Below are positions 14,483-54,575 of a stretch of DNA of 64,000 bases, piece by piece. The stretch covers positions 18,166,001 to 18,230,000 of the forward strand of contig CM022669.1 in the NCBI GenBank assembly GCA_012295275.1. The letters run 5' to 3'. Under the pieces are notes generated by a model that was not told where the DNA came from, ran no database searches, and was given only the letters and a program-made list of their open reading frames with translations. Made by a program: the position numbers and the translations under genes. Position 1 is the first letter of the stretch. The number at the start of each line of letters is the position of its first letter. This stretch comes from Chrysomallon squamiferum (lineage: Eukaryota > Animalia > Mollusca).

Positions 14483-16130
14483 AAAAAAAAAAAAGGAAGA
14501 AAAGAATAAAGCTTCATTCCTGCACAGAAAATCTTACTTTACTTACTTTAAGAACAAAGGTATAATTTATTCATTAAATCTGTAAGTTCGTTAACCAGTA
14601 GAAAATAAAATACATTTATTAAAACGAAATTGTAAACTTTTAATTCATCTGTTTCTTTACTGAACTACGATTTACGTACCTCTGCGATTTAGCATCGTGG
14701 TTGCTAGGTAATCGATCGTCTGTGCACATTTTGTAAACGCCACCACCTAACCAATTTTTTTTTTTTTTTCTGATGACTTCTTCTTACATTTATAATTAAT
14801 TTTCATATTTACTGTGTCGATGTTCTTTTTTTTTTTTTTTTTTTTTTATTTCTTCATCTTCTGATTTTCAGGATTCCGTTTAGTTAGTTATAAAGAGAAA
14901 TTTTTTTTTTTTTTTTAAATTTTTTATACTTTTTTAAATTTGTAATTTCGTTTTACTGTTTTCTAATTTTTAATTTTTAATTTTTTTTTTTTTTTTTTCG
15001 ATTTTTTAAATCATACACTAGAGTGAAATATAATATTATGTATGTTGACCTGTTTATATGAGGACGTAACTCTATTGCAGTTTCATCGAATATCACTACA
15101 ATCACGTGAAACAAATATTTGTCAGCATGTCATAAAACACATTCTTCCTTCTTCCTTCAATACAGCAGAGGATTTGCAATCTGAGAACAGAGAAGTAGGT
15201 TTATTAACGGAGATAATAATTACAGAAAGTGCTTGATTTCTGCGTGTTCTCATTAGAATATGTAACTGACGTTTTATTAGTTCTAAACATTTTTTTGCAT
15301 TCGATTATTGTATTTATAATTTATAATTAACCTTAATTTTATTCATTTAATAATTTCAGTGTCACTTCTGTGTGAATAAATCTCCATATTATGTGTGTGT
15401 GTGCGTTGTGTGTCTGTATTATACATATCATCATCCCGATTCTTGGGTGTATTTGACAGGAATTATTAGTTTAAACAGTTTTTCTCTATCAAATGAAAAT
15501 AATACTTTTAAGCATATATTCACAACTATATTATATAATCTTTTTACGACACACATCTGTCATAATATTTATTTATATATTTATGTTCACAGGAAACCTC
15601 AGTTAGAATTAATATAGTAAATAATAAATTTATCCATTATTTAATTATTTTTATTATTATTTTCCTGTTGCAGCCATTTTCTTTTCTCTTTAAAAATATA
15701 ATAAAACTCACGTAATCTTGATTTTGTGTCCAGTTGCACCCATCATTAAACTGACTTATATTTGCAAAGTATACATACTGATATTATTTATTAAAATTGT
15801 CCCCCCTTTTTGTAAAATGATGGATCTGCTCCTGTTTTGTAATCACTGAACTGTTATCGAAAAAAGAATCCAGAAAAGAACCAGCAATCTTTTCTTGTTT
15901 CTGGTATTTAGAAATGTCACTGGATTATATCTTAACATAATTAGATTCTTCATTTTTTTATGTTTGCTTGTTTCAAAGCCAAAACTAACTAATCACGATC
16001 CACAATGGAAAACCAAGTTTTCACAAATTATAAATTATTTCAGTTTAATGATGGCCATAAATTTATCATCTGTTATAGTTACGTTATAGTTGCCATGGGT
16101 ACTTATGTAGGATTAAAATTTTCGTTTTTA

Positions 16131-16142
16131 ATAATAATAATA

Positions 16143-16181
<39 letters not shown>

Positions 16182-16472
16182 TCAACAAAACATTAACAAC
16201 AGAAATAATACTGCTACTCTTACAATTACTACTACTGATTCTGCTGCACACTATTATTACTAGTATTACCACTGGTCTTACTACTACTACAACCACCACT
16301 GCTACTACTACTATTATTATAACTACTACCACCCCCACCGCAAGTTCAAATGATAGTGTTACTTCTATTACTAGAATTATCATTAATATCTCGACTACTT
16401 CTGATGATGATGATGATGATGATGATAATAATAAGAAGAAGAATAAGAAGAAGAAAAAAAAGAAGAAGAAGA
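16131..16472. repeat. Compound trinucleotide simple-sequence region (AAT/GAT/ACT/AAG)
   Basis: Directly visible. It generates spurious poly-M/S/V/R ORFs. Confidence 0.85.
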
Positions 16473-18413
16473 ACATCGAATCAGACGATGAACATCGTAT
16501 TCGGGCGTATTATCTCAGTTTTCACAACACTACTTACAAACTGCAAAATCGCTGTTTTTACAGAGTGCAGCCCGAAATTGAAAAATGTCTGAAATATGCC
16601 ATTTTAACATTTCCGCAAGTAATTGGTTGGTTTCTGCTAATGCGACGCACGTGCGGTATGGCGTGAATACAAGGCGTTAAAACTAAGTAAATATCTGGAT
16701 TATGCCCGTGCTGTCTTTGAAAACACCTCGGAATCTTCGCTTTTGACCATGTTTTCTTTATTTTTTTGTGAAACATCCACTGATGTAGTTTTTATTTTAA
16801 AACACTTTTATGTTCAATTCAGAACTGTGGAAATGGGTTCTATCTATATATATATGTGCGCGCGTGTGTATGTGTGTGTGTCTGTACACGTACGTATATA
16901 TATTTGCATATATGTGTGTATGATTACGTACGTGTGTGTGTGTCTGCGTGCATGCATATATATATATATATATGTTTATTCGTGTATTTATGGTTTAAAT
17001 ATGTGGATTATGCATATACTTTATATATATATACATGCGTGGGCGTATACATATGTTAAACAAAAACATACGAATGTGACAGTATGCATAACAGCTAAAA
17101 TAAAATATAGATATGTAAAATAGGTATAATAAATGAATAATAAACGAAACAATAGTTGTTTTTTGTTTTGTTAACTTTGTTATTTTATTTTGTTTTTGAT
17201 GGAAAATACGTAAAATAACTTTTTTTTTTTTTTTTTTTTTTAGATTGATTATTATTATTATTGAATATTTTGTTTATTTATTTAATTTCATCTGTTAAAT
17301 GCGCACCCCCCCAATAAAATAAAAAGTTGATCAAAGTCGTAATCAATCTTTGTTTATAAAACCTTAAAAATTAAATAACAATTATTGCTTTTTTTTTCTT
17401 CTAAAAACAGACAAGCATAAGCGATAGCTCTTCTTATTTATATCCTTAGGATTTGATATAAAACGAACAAGCCAATGGAAGTCGCTATGACAGTGATAAA
17501 AAAAAAAAAACAGAAATAAAAAACTGAAATATTTGACAAGCCATAAGTAAGCTGTGATATGTCGCATGACATTTTTGCATTAGCATTAATATCTCGAGGA
17601 AAATGTATTTTCATTTACGAAACAAACGAAACTATGTCCTTAAGATTTCGGATGCCCCAAAATATGAAATAATAAATAGTTAAATAAGCAAAAAAAAAAA
17701 AAAAAAAAGAGAAAAAATAAATAAAAACAAATTTAAAAACAAAACAAAACAAAAAAACAACCAAACAAAATAACCTGTTAATTAAAATTATCACCTTTGT
17801 TCCGGCATTCGGATTTTTATATAAACATAGTGTTGCATTTTAAATTTAACACAGAAGATAAAAAATAAAATGAAACAGAGAAAGAAAGAAAGAACAAAAA
17901 CAAACAAAAAACGAGTTTCTATTACACGCTATGAATCGAATATTCATTCCCGCGTACAAACAAATGGAATATGAGTATCGTAAAATAAAATATATGTAGA
18001 GGTCAAAGGTTTTCTAGGCGGCTTCACTTCCTACATTATAAATAAACTCGTTGCATTATCACAACGTCAGATACGCGCTGAATGTGATCTCTCGCTATAC
18101 CGCGCAAGCCAGTGGGCACTGTTCGGCAAAAAGCACGTGACTGATTGTCGTCTGACATGCGAACTTTTGTTGTCAGATTTCATCACGGCGACAACTTCGT
18201 GGCTCAAGTTCTAGCTCGGCACATTCCGTAAAATGAATTCTTGATATCGAAACACTGCATAGTCATTTGAGTCTGTGGGAGGCTTGTACTGAACTTTGCT
18301 TTAATTGTCGATGTCACTGGTTTAAAAAATATCTTCACGTATTTTTACGTACGAGCGCTGTCTATTAATATTTAACACTGTGTATATATGTTGTTTAGTA
18401 CAATCGTTTAAAA

Positions 18414-38737
<20,324 letters not shown>

Positions 38738-39420
38738 AATTTTGTTTAAAAAAACCCCAAACAAAACAACTGTTGTCTTTTTGTTTGTTTGTTTGTTTAT
38801 TTATCGTGTCGCTGTCATAAACGATTGTGAGTTCTCGTGTTTAATATCTTGGTTTGAAAGTTACTACATCAATTTGTTACGTTTTCCGTTTTGCACTGCA
38901 TTGGTGATGTTTCATCTGTTTTGGTGGTGTACATTTTTTTTTTTTTTTTCTCCGTTTGTAATAATAATATATGGTTTCATGATGTCTGTTGTTTTGATCT
39001 TCGTTTTGTTGTGACCAAATAAACCAAAGACTATTTATTGATATTGTCTGTAAAATGAGTTGTTTTGTTATTGATTTTTACTTTGTTTGTTGTTTCTAAA
39101 CGCCATTAAGAAAATCATTACGCATACTGTTTAAAATATAATGCTTAGTAGACGGATTTGCTGGCTAAATCGATTTTATTACTTTAAAAACTTATTACAG
39201 TTAAATTTTGTAATATTTCTTAGGAATTTTGAAAAGCCAAGCTTTGTACACACAAATTTCATGTCTTTTGTATATATATGATAATACGATAAATAAAATA
39301 AAAAGTAGTTTAAATTATTTTGAATTTAGGATTTCTCTACACTTTTTATATAATTATTACAGTAATAACTTAAAAATCAGATATAAAAATGTTTGTTTAC
39401 GTAAAACTAATGGTTAAACT

Positions 39421-39576
<156 letters not shown>

Positions 39577-39980
39577 CGCATAAACCTATCATAAAAAAAA
39601 CCCCACAAAAACTTCAAAACATAAAAAAGTAAACAATAAAAATTGAAAATTATAAAGGAATAGGATATAAGGGATAAACCTTCCATAATATATTTTATTT
39701 ATTTATTTATTTATCTATTTATTTATTTATTCGTTCTTTAGTTCTTTACGTAATTACTTACTTACTTATTTATTAACAACACTTTAAACAACATTTACTG
39801 CTAACATATCTGAGGTGGCGTTAACGACTACTACTACAGTTGTTAGGATGGATAGAGATCTGATCCACAGATTAAAGCTGACATGGTTTAAAAGACGACG
39901 ACAAAGACGTCAACACATTAACCTTGCTGATAGAATCTCGTTCACACGTCGTTGACGCCTACCATAAAGTGGCCCACCCA

Positions 39981-40215
39981 TACATACATACATACACTAC
40001 ACACACACATACATACATGTGGCTTACATACCACGTACACAGCCGTACATACATACATACATACATGTCATACACACATACGGAATTTAAATACATACAT
40101 ACATACATACATAAATACATACATACATACACATACATACATAAATACACACACACATACATACATACATACACACATAAATACTTACATACATACATAC
40201 ATACATACACACACA
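39981..40215. repeat. Degenerate (TACA)n tetranucleotide repeat
   Basis: Directly visible. Confidence 0.85.
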
Positions 40216-40653
40216 TATATGTATATGTTTATATTATATTATATTTATATTATATTATATTATAGTTTAATATCGGTAAATCATTAAAGATATAGACAAT
40301 ATAACTGTTTGATAAAGCGGAGAAACATAAATGACAAAAAAAAAAAAAAAAGGTTGAACTGTCACATTAGAAATTTCACTCGTAATAGAAATCAGAGAAG
40401 ACCCCCCTTTAACCACACAGTTTCTTCCTCAAACGTCTGATAACGATGGCATATCAATAATATCATCCCAGACACCAGGCCGGCGCTAGGAAGTGCGGGG
40501 CCCAGTTAGGAAGTTGTTATCGGTGGGCACCATGTCCTAATAAAGCTGAAGATCATGCAGTAGTCCAGTCACGGCGGAAAAAAAAAAAGAAGAAAAAACA
40601 GCATTGAGGCTCCACCATTAGCTGCAATGATCTACTGAAAACCGAAATGAAAG

Positions 40654-40686
40654 TTAGGGTTAGGGTTAGGGTTAGGGTTAGGGTTA
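40654..40686 (+). repeat. Interstitial telomeric-type repeat (TTAGGG)5
   Basis: Five perfect TTAGGG units plus TTA inside a GC-richer block. Confidence 0.9.
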
Positions 40687-41526
40687 AAAGTGTTAATGTT
40701 CAGCAAGTCAAGAAATTTGCAGCGAGTGTGCGTGGATCCCTGCGGTGTTAGGACCGGGAACCCAGTTTGAACAAATCCGTATACTCGGCTTAAAACCAGC
40801 CTTGCCAGACATCCCTCCACACAGACAGACTTGCAGACAGACAGTCGGACAAAACAGAATATGAATACTCAGTTAAAGATAAATCATAGTTGTCTATAAT
40901 AGAAATATATATATTCAGAAAAATCGTACAGGCAAAAATACTTACCAATAGTGTGTGTGCGTGCGTTCGTGCGAGCGTGCACTTGCACGACATTCGTGGT
41001 TGTAAATATCTTATTTGGACGAAATGAATTAACGTCACTGAGTCCATAATGTAAATTTAATGAAATAGCATGCACGTGCATTGCGTGTCTGTGCTATTAT
41101 GAAGACAAACACCAACTGACAAAACAGACGTCAACAAGAACACTTTACAGGTGAGACGCAGATTTTATAAACACAACTTTCAGTCAAATAAATGTCATTT
41201 TATTTCTGTTATAAATAACAAACGTAACGTTTACTTAATCAAAATACGTTATAATTATCTGATGACAGTTACCGATCGTTCATTTTAATCACTTTTAAAA
41301 AGATTTTACAAAAGATTAAACAAAACAGATCGGTAGTTTTCAAAAAAAAAGTCTCGTGATCTGTTTATTAATGTATTGTTTCAAGGTATTCGGTATTTCG
41401 ATCACAGTCATGAAGTTTACATTAATAAATATAATTAATGGAAGAATTCATTAATTACTCAATTAACGATATCTTAGTTTTGTAGGCTTTAGATATCGGT
41501 TACGTATTTTTTTTTTTTTTTCAGAG

Positions 41527-47655
<6,129 letters not shown>

Positions 47656-50298
47656 TGGCAATAAAAATTAAATAAAATATAAAAATGTTTTTTTATTTTA
47701 TTATTATCATTATTATCTTCTATTGCAGATTTATATATTTTGGTCTCTAAAACAAATTGCCTTTTTGTCTCGTCTAACTGAATGTTTGCAGTGATTTCTG
47801 GTTCAGTCCTCAGTTGATCATTTCCTTTATAAAAGGTAGAACTCAACAGCAAGTGTTTAAATATTGAGGTATGTGTTTTCCTGATATGTATGAAATAAAA
47901 ATCATATCTTGTTGTTGTAAATACCCTGCCAAGACATGGACTGGCTTTGTTTTCATTCCTTTATTATAAAGCTATATTTTGACATTAATCAAACTATTAA
48001 AGCATTAGAGCATTTGGGTATTATTGAAAAATATCTTCAAACTTCAAATTTACTCAAAAATACAATTTAAAATTATAACTCCTTGTTGTAAAGAAAAGTA
48101 CCAAGTGTTATCTTCACAGAACAACATGTAAATTGTTTAAAACTTCATTAAGTGGTAAAATCTGTGTGTACAATGCACTGGTCTAAAATTACAAAATACA
48201 AACAATTTATGCTTTATTCAAATTCAATTTATTCAACTAAAATGATGTATGAAAATAATGAGCTTTATAAATTGCTTAACACAATGTTTGTGTAAATACA
48301 CCCAAAACTAACAAATCACGTAACAAACAAGCCAACAAGAATTTTTAATTTGTTCACTTTTACAAGAAGTATTGCATCCATCAGTCAGGAGATAATTCTA
48401 AGTTAATTACATTAATGCTTGTGAATCACAAATGATTACAATTAGCAAAAATTAAGTAATTTCATTTCACAATGGCACAATGAAAGATAACAAGCTAATA
48501 TCACGGAAAAGAAAATTCTGTAACTGAAATACTTATTCCCAGTTATTTTTGATGAATCAAACAAAACAAAACAAAAACATTATCATCAACAATAACCAAA
48601 CATTTATGATTATTTTAATGCATGAAGCCAAAACATTATTCCCCATGAAAATCTGAAACCTTGTAGCTTGTAACAGATGAATTGTTTAAAAGTATTATTC
48701 AAATTTACTTTTATTGTTAGGAATACAGAAGAAAACAATAAATATTGTTTTTCTTTTGAGAAAAGTTACAAGATTATACAATTTTAATGTGGTCATTAGG
48801 CTCTAAATCCAATAATTTCAATAATTCAAAATTTATACTTAAACTTAACAATCTGCAAACCTATTTATTGTCTTTTATGATGCAATGTTTCTTTTCTCCT
48901 AGTGGAATTAATCTCCACATTTAATTCAAAATGTATTTTAAAATTAGCAAAGTGCCACCCTGCTGTTTTGTCTTTTGTGATTTTCTGTTTTCTTCTTCAT
49001 TCCTGTCTTTGGAAGCGCTGTGTCTACATGACATGCAACTATGATACTTTCACTCCACTATATAATTTTTAAAATTAAACAAAAACAAATAATAATAATA
49101 ATTTTGTAAAATCATTTATAAACAATTAAAAATAATGTTTTTTTATTGTTTTTTTTTATAAAAGATAATAAACAAAAAGTATCAAAAATTGCCAATAATA
49201 TTAACAAACTGATTTATAAGAAAACATTTTTAAACCATTTGACATATAAATAATACAAATGTATATCCCCCAACAGTTAATTTAGATATTAGTAACAAAC
49301 ATGACAAAAACGTGTTTGAACATATAATTATGTCACAAATTGTTATATTTTTAGTTGGTACGACACATAAGGAACAAATTCATCTATAAATTTATTTAAT
49401 TTTTTGGCTTATTTCTGATGATAGCATATATTTTATTTTATTCTAAATCAAATTTAGTAATATCCATCTTTAAAAGCCTTGTAACTTTGGAATTACACTG
49501 TAATATCTAAAACATGTTTACAAAGAAAATTTTGTTTCACACAATTGCACACAATTTGCAGACAATGAAGGTTGTTTCATACAAACATCTTTATGACTGA
49601 AAGTAATCTTAATATAGACTGACACATTTCTGGAAGCTTGATATAGATAAAACAAATACAGAATTCAAAAGAAGAAAAAAGAAGAGAAGATTAACTAAAA
49701 TGTAATAACACACAAAGGCACCATTATATATCCCATACTATGCAACACACAATAAAAGCTGTCAAGTACTACTATTCTATACAACTCTAGCCAGGCTGTG
49801 TGTTAGTAAATACTAACTTTGTAATTTCATTTTTTATCAAATACATTAAATTATAAGTACTGCCATAGCTGTGAGTGGGTAAAAATGGAGATTTGTATAA
49901 TATCACTGCTTATTTTACAATATCTGAAAATATATCTGAAATATAACATTCTAATATAGAAAGCATTTTCTATGCAGTCTATGTAGCTATAACATCCTTT
50001 TTAAATATATGTGGATAATTTTACATCTTGTCACATACAGTGCACCATTATTTAAACACCATTTATGCTATCACTTATTTGAACTTTATTACTTATCAAC
50101 CAATGAAGTACATTTCTGAATTTATATTTCAAATCAAAATCCATAATTTCTGTTGAGATCATATATTTAAAGTAACCATTCTGGTAGCAAAACAACAAAA
50201 CAAAAAAAAAAAAAAAAAAGTTTTTAAATATGTTCTTATTAATCACTAATTAAAGAAGAACTTGTCACCGTGATTTTCACTCAGTTCCAGCTTTCAGC

Positions 50299-51171
50299 CT
50301 AAGATTCCTCATCGTCTTGTTGTTCTTCATAATCGTACAAAGGGTCCATGTAATCAATATCCGGCGGTTTACTTGACTGGGCAGACTTGTCATCTGAGAA
50401 CTCAATGTGTATCAGTCCACTCATGAAAGCATAGCCAACCATCACCGTCAAGGCAAAGATGGCAGCCAACACCATGTTGCGCTGCTTATTTGGAAAGTCG
50501 GAATTCACCGTCTGGTTTGGCTCCTTAGTCTCCTCCTTCTTCTGTCTTGTGTCTGGATCTTATGAAAAAATGTAAAACATTTTCATCCAAAAAAACAAAA
50601 GTACTAATACAAAATAGAAATTTCCAAATAATTAGGTGCAGCTGGTACAATGACATCACACCAGTAACAATCAAATTCAAAACTAAACATAAGATCAATA
50701 CAATAATATTAATGATTATAAGATTTCAAACAACATTATATTTGTTTTTGTCATGGATGATCGAGGAAATTTTGATTAGGCTACTTTTACTGATCTTTTA
50801 TATGCTCATCTGAAGCATGTACCATGACATTTAAATAATCAGTTGTGTGATATGGGTAAAAGGAAAATCAATATTAACAGACATACTGAGAAAAAAACCA
50901 CTATGATATTTTTGAGAGTAGGACTTTACCATTAAGTTGTATAACCTGCTCCAATGGAATTTAATACTAGAACAATCGGTAAATTGAAACATAACAGATG
51001 TCTTACCAAGACTTGGAGGGAAATATCTCTGAAGTATTTTGTTGCACAAGTTACACAGATTTTCACAACCTTTCAGGTGGTTCTGGATCTGGTTATTAGG
51101 AAGGGGTGCCTTCAGAATAGGAGCCAGATAGCCAAACACCAAGGCATCGAGGGAGGAAGCCCTGATATGAA

Positions 51172-51212
<41 letters not shown>

Positions 51213-54200
51213 TAATAAAATCTTCCATCCTGTGATTATATTTAATAAAAACATTTTTCAAAATAATATAGCAAAATATTTTATTTTTAATTATACTTTT
51301 CTTTATGTATGGTACATTACCAAAAATATTCAGAAATAAAATGAAATAAATGTGTCACTTTTTGAAGGTGAATATTTTGTCATTTACATATTTAATTAGT
51401 TAAGACCCAACAAGAAAAACATGACTCTTTAACATGTTACAGGGATATTTAAAAGCATACCAGACAAATAATTTCATATAAACTTATCTGTGTCATTTAT
51501 AAACCCATTAATGTCTCTTTTCTAATTTAAAAGTTCCTTTGTTTTTATAAAAAAAAACTAAACAACTGTTACAAACACATTCGACATATGTTACAGAAAA
51601 TTACTAACTTACGTTTTACCAAAGAAGTAGTCTTTGTCACCCAGTTTGTAGCTCAGATGGTTGAGACACTCTTTAGCATCTTTGTAAATCTGTACAAGTA
51701 AAATGAACAATAGATTATTAGTCTTCTAGTGATAAGTATTCAAATGACATTTGGTGCTCCTATCAAAAATGCATTTGTCCACAAGTATTTACTTAAAATG
51801 TTTTTTTTTCTGCTATTGAGATTCAGTACATTACCATATTTTAACTTTTTCACCACCAAGGTACTGTCTAAAAGCCAAACATTTTGAACTATGGTACAAG
51901 TAGATGAAACTCATATATTGTACTGGGCAAATGAAAATGCAACACGATACACCACAGGTTACATTTTACCTTGGTGTGCTGTGACTGATAATGTGGAAAA
52001 TAATTATTTTATTCTTTATGTGTTACTGGCATAATAAGCAATCATGATATATAAACAGCTTATTTAAAAAAAAAAAAAAAAAAGGGAAGAACAGAATGAT
52101 GATGAATAAGTCAGTAATTTAAAAAACTAACTTTAGCTTCCACTTCTGTATTTGTGACATTTTCTCCACCTTTGGTGAGAAAGACTCTCAGTGTGGCTGC
52201 CTTCTGCTTTCTGCCTGGAACATAGAAGTTCAGTGGAAATGGCACCATTGCAGCATACCATGGCCGTGTGACATCAACAAATGTCTTTGAATCAATCCAC
52301 CAAAGATGTAGCTATAAAAACAAACAAAAAATAAAAATCCAAAATATTAATCATTTTTAAAGTCTCCTACGTATTTTCATAAAAAAGCAATGTAAAGAAA
52401 AAACAAATATTAGTGCTTTCTAAAAATAAATACTTCTATTTATAAAATACTTAATGAAGTAATTATGTTTCATTATTGTTAAAAGTTTTGAGCCCAGTGC
52501 TAATATTTAACTTAGACCATTGTTGCTAGTTAAAATTTATTTAAATAATAACAATAAATCATATATAATAATAATGATAATTGCATTAAAGTTATAATTT
52601 AAATGGTTAAAAATGATCTCACAATTGCAGGAAGCAACTTCTCCTCGAGCATGGATGAAAAAGCCACCACATCTGCTCCTTGTTTGTTGGTAAGTTCGAA
52701 ATCAGAACCCCATTGCTATGAAAGATACGAATGTGACATGTTTGGGTGAATATAAATGTACATTAATATTAAAAACAAAAAAACAAACACCCCCATATCT
52801 CCCAAAAAACAATATTAATACAAATACAAACAATAAAACTAGAATAATAATGAAAAGAAAAAAGAAGTCATTAAGGGTTTAAAAATTTACAAAATTAAAA
52901 TTAAAAGAAGAAAAAACAATAATAAAATGAAAAAAACAACAATAATATTACTTGCATATTATCAAAATTCTTCAGTCAAATTATTACTACCAATTTACTA
53001 CTGTATAATTCAAGCTTCATCCTGATTAACAAACATTCTAATTTTAAAGATGAGTTATTACCTGTTTTCTGAGATAGTTAAATATTTCTGAAACTTTAGT
53101 TTCGGTAACACCCTTGTGTTTTAATATTGGAAATTCACCTGCAAAATAATACATATACATATGATAAATGTCTATTATTCATTTCTCTGCTGCAGATTAT
53201 TTTTCATTAAGTAAAAAATTAAATTAAATTAAAATAATAAAAAATATGTTTTTTCTTTAAAAAGCATGAGAATGAAAAACATAATAAATAAAAATGAAAA
53301 ATTAATATTACTTTGGACAATAATAAAATAATATAATAAATATTAAAGTAATAATAAAAAAATAATAATAATAAAAAGCATGCAAGAAGGATAATGATGT
53401 ATACCTGTTTAATATTTAGAACTCTTACCAGATGGAGATCTCAATGTGTTTCCTGTCTTTTTCACTCGCACTGGTACACCAGAGAACTTGCAATAAGCCT
53501 AGAATATAAGAAATATATTTATTTATTAATAAAACAAAAACAATACAAAATGTCAAACTAAAACTAATTTATTACATTTTATTTTTATAACTATTTTGAG
53601 GAAATTGGTTATAAATTATAATTAATAATGAAGAGTTATTTAGCTGCTATATAAATGTACTGAGAATTAGTCTGAATTAATAAACCTGTATTATGTATAC
53701 GATAATCATAATAGTTTAATACACATTAAAACACTGATGGCAAAATAATACAATTTATCACTGTCTTATTTTACTAATTTCTTTCAAAGTTATGGTGTCA
53801 GTTTTGGAAAATTTTAATCAGACTGGCAATATAGTAAAACAATATATACGTGTTTCAAGGTAGTACTTTACAGAAAATGAACGGAGTAGTATGATCATGT
53901 TTGTCACGTAGGTAGAAAATTTGGATTTAACTTTAAAAATCCAGATAAAAAACGAAAACAAAACAAAACTGATGCTTTTAATATTTTAATTTGCACTTAC
54001 AAAATAATTCTGCTATAAATTTGAATCTGTGTAACATGTTACTCTATTAAAGGAAATGACTATCATTAGATCATTAAATCTTTATTTATTTACATTTTAT
54101 GATGAATGTTCAATGTCCTTCCTTGCAGACGCGTGACATTGACTCGGCGATGGCATTCGACCAAGTTTGTGTCAACTACAAAAATAAAACTATATCAGTT

Positions 54201-54310
54201 AAGGATAACAATTTATTAATTCTTACCAAAACTGCAAGACAATTCGGGTCACTAGAAGGAAGTCCCCAATTCCCTTTCCAAACGTGCAATTGAATTACAT
54301 CGTCTGCCAT
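50299..54310 (-). CDS. MTX1: Metaxin-1 (mitochondrial outer membrane, GST-like fold, C-terminal TM), 331 aa
   Basis: Exons 54310-54227, 53498-53429, 53138-53062, 52715-52623, 52311-52132, 51689-51613, 51161-51007, 50558-50299 (996 nt). Translation: WKGNWGLPSSDPNCLAVLAYCKF..SPSGEFP..EEKLLPAILHLWWID..VTRPWYA..PFPLNFYVPG..AKECLNHLSYKLGDKDYFFG..SSLDALVFGYLAPILKAPLP, plus TM MVLAAIFALTVMVGYAFMSGLI. Confidence 0.95.
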
Positions 54311-54575
54311 TTTGGATATCCAAATGTCATTTCCGATTTTGCGGATTAATATATCATGGCAGTAATAAAGTGAAACTGACTTAAATTTGTTAAAATTCAT
54401 TGATATGAATACAATTTTAATAATTTTAATTCTTTATTGCCACTATTTGTTTTACAGCAAATGCATAAATACAATTGCATAATATACATTCAGGACTATA
54501 TTGTTAGTTGCACTAACGTCCGTGGGAGTTGTTCGGCAAGTTGCCAAGTCACTTGATGGATATTAATTTGCAGCA
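54311..54575. promoter_or_regulatory. Compact bidirectional promoter of MTX1 and ADPGK
   Basis: Only 265 bp between the divergent ATGs. CpGs are present locally, and a YY1-like CAAAATGGC overlaps the MTX1 start codon. Confidence 0.7.

Noticed and set aside
15801-15834. Possible Harbinger-type MITE termini (also at 34231-34257)
   Set aside because: Too short and degenerate, with no paired TIRs or target-site duplication. The second also fits a YY1 motif.
11400-18000. Possible hidden gene between FBXW2 and the rolling-stone-like gene
   Set aside because: Only short or low-complexity ORFs. No phase-consistent exon chain or recognisable motif was found.
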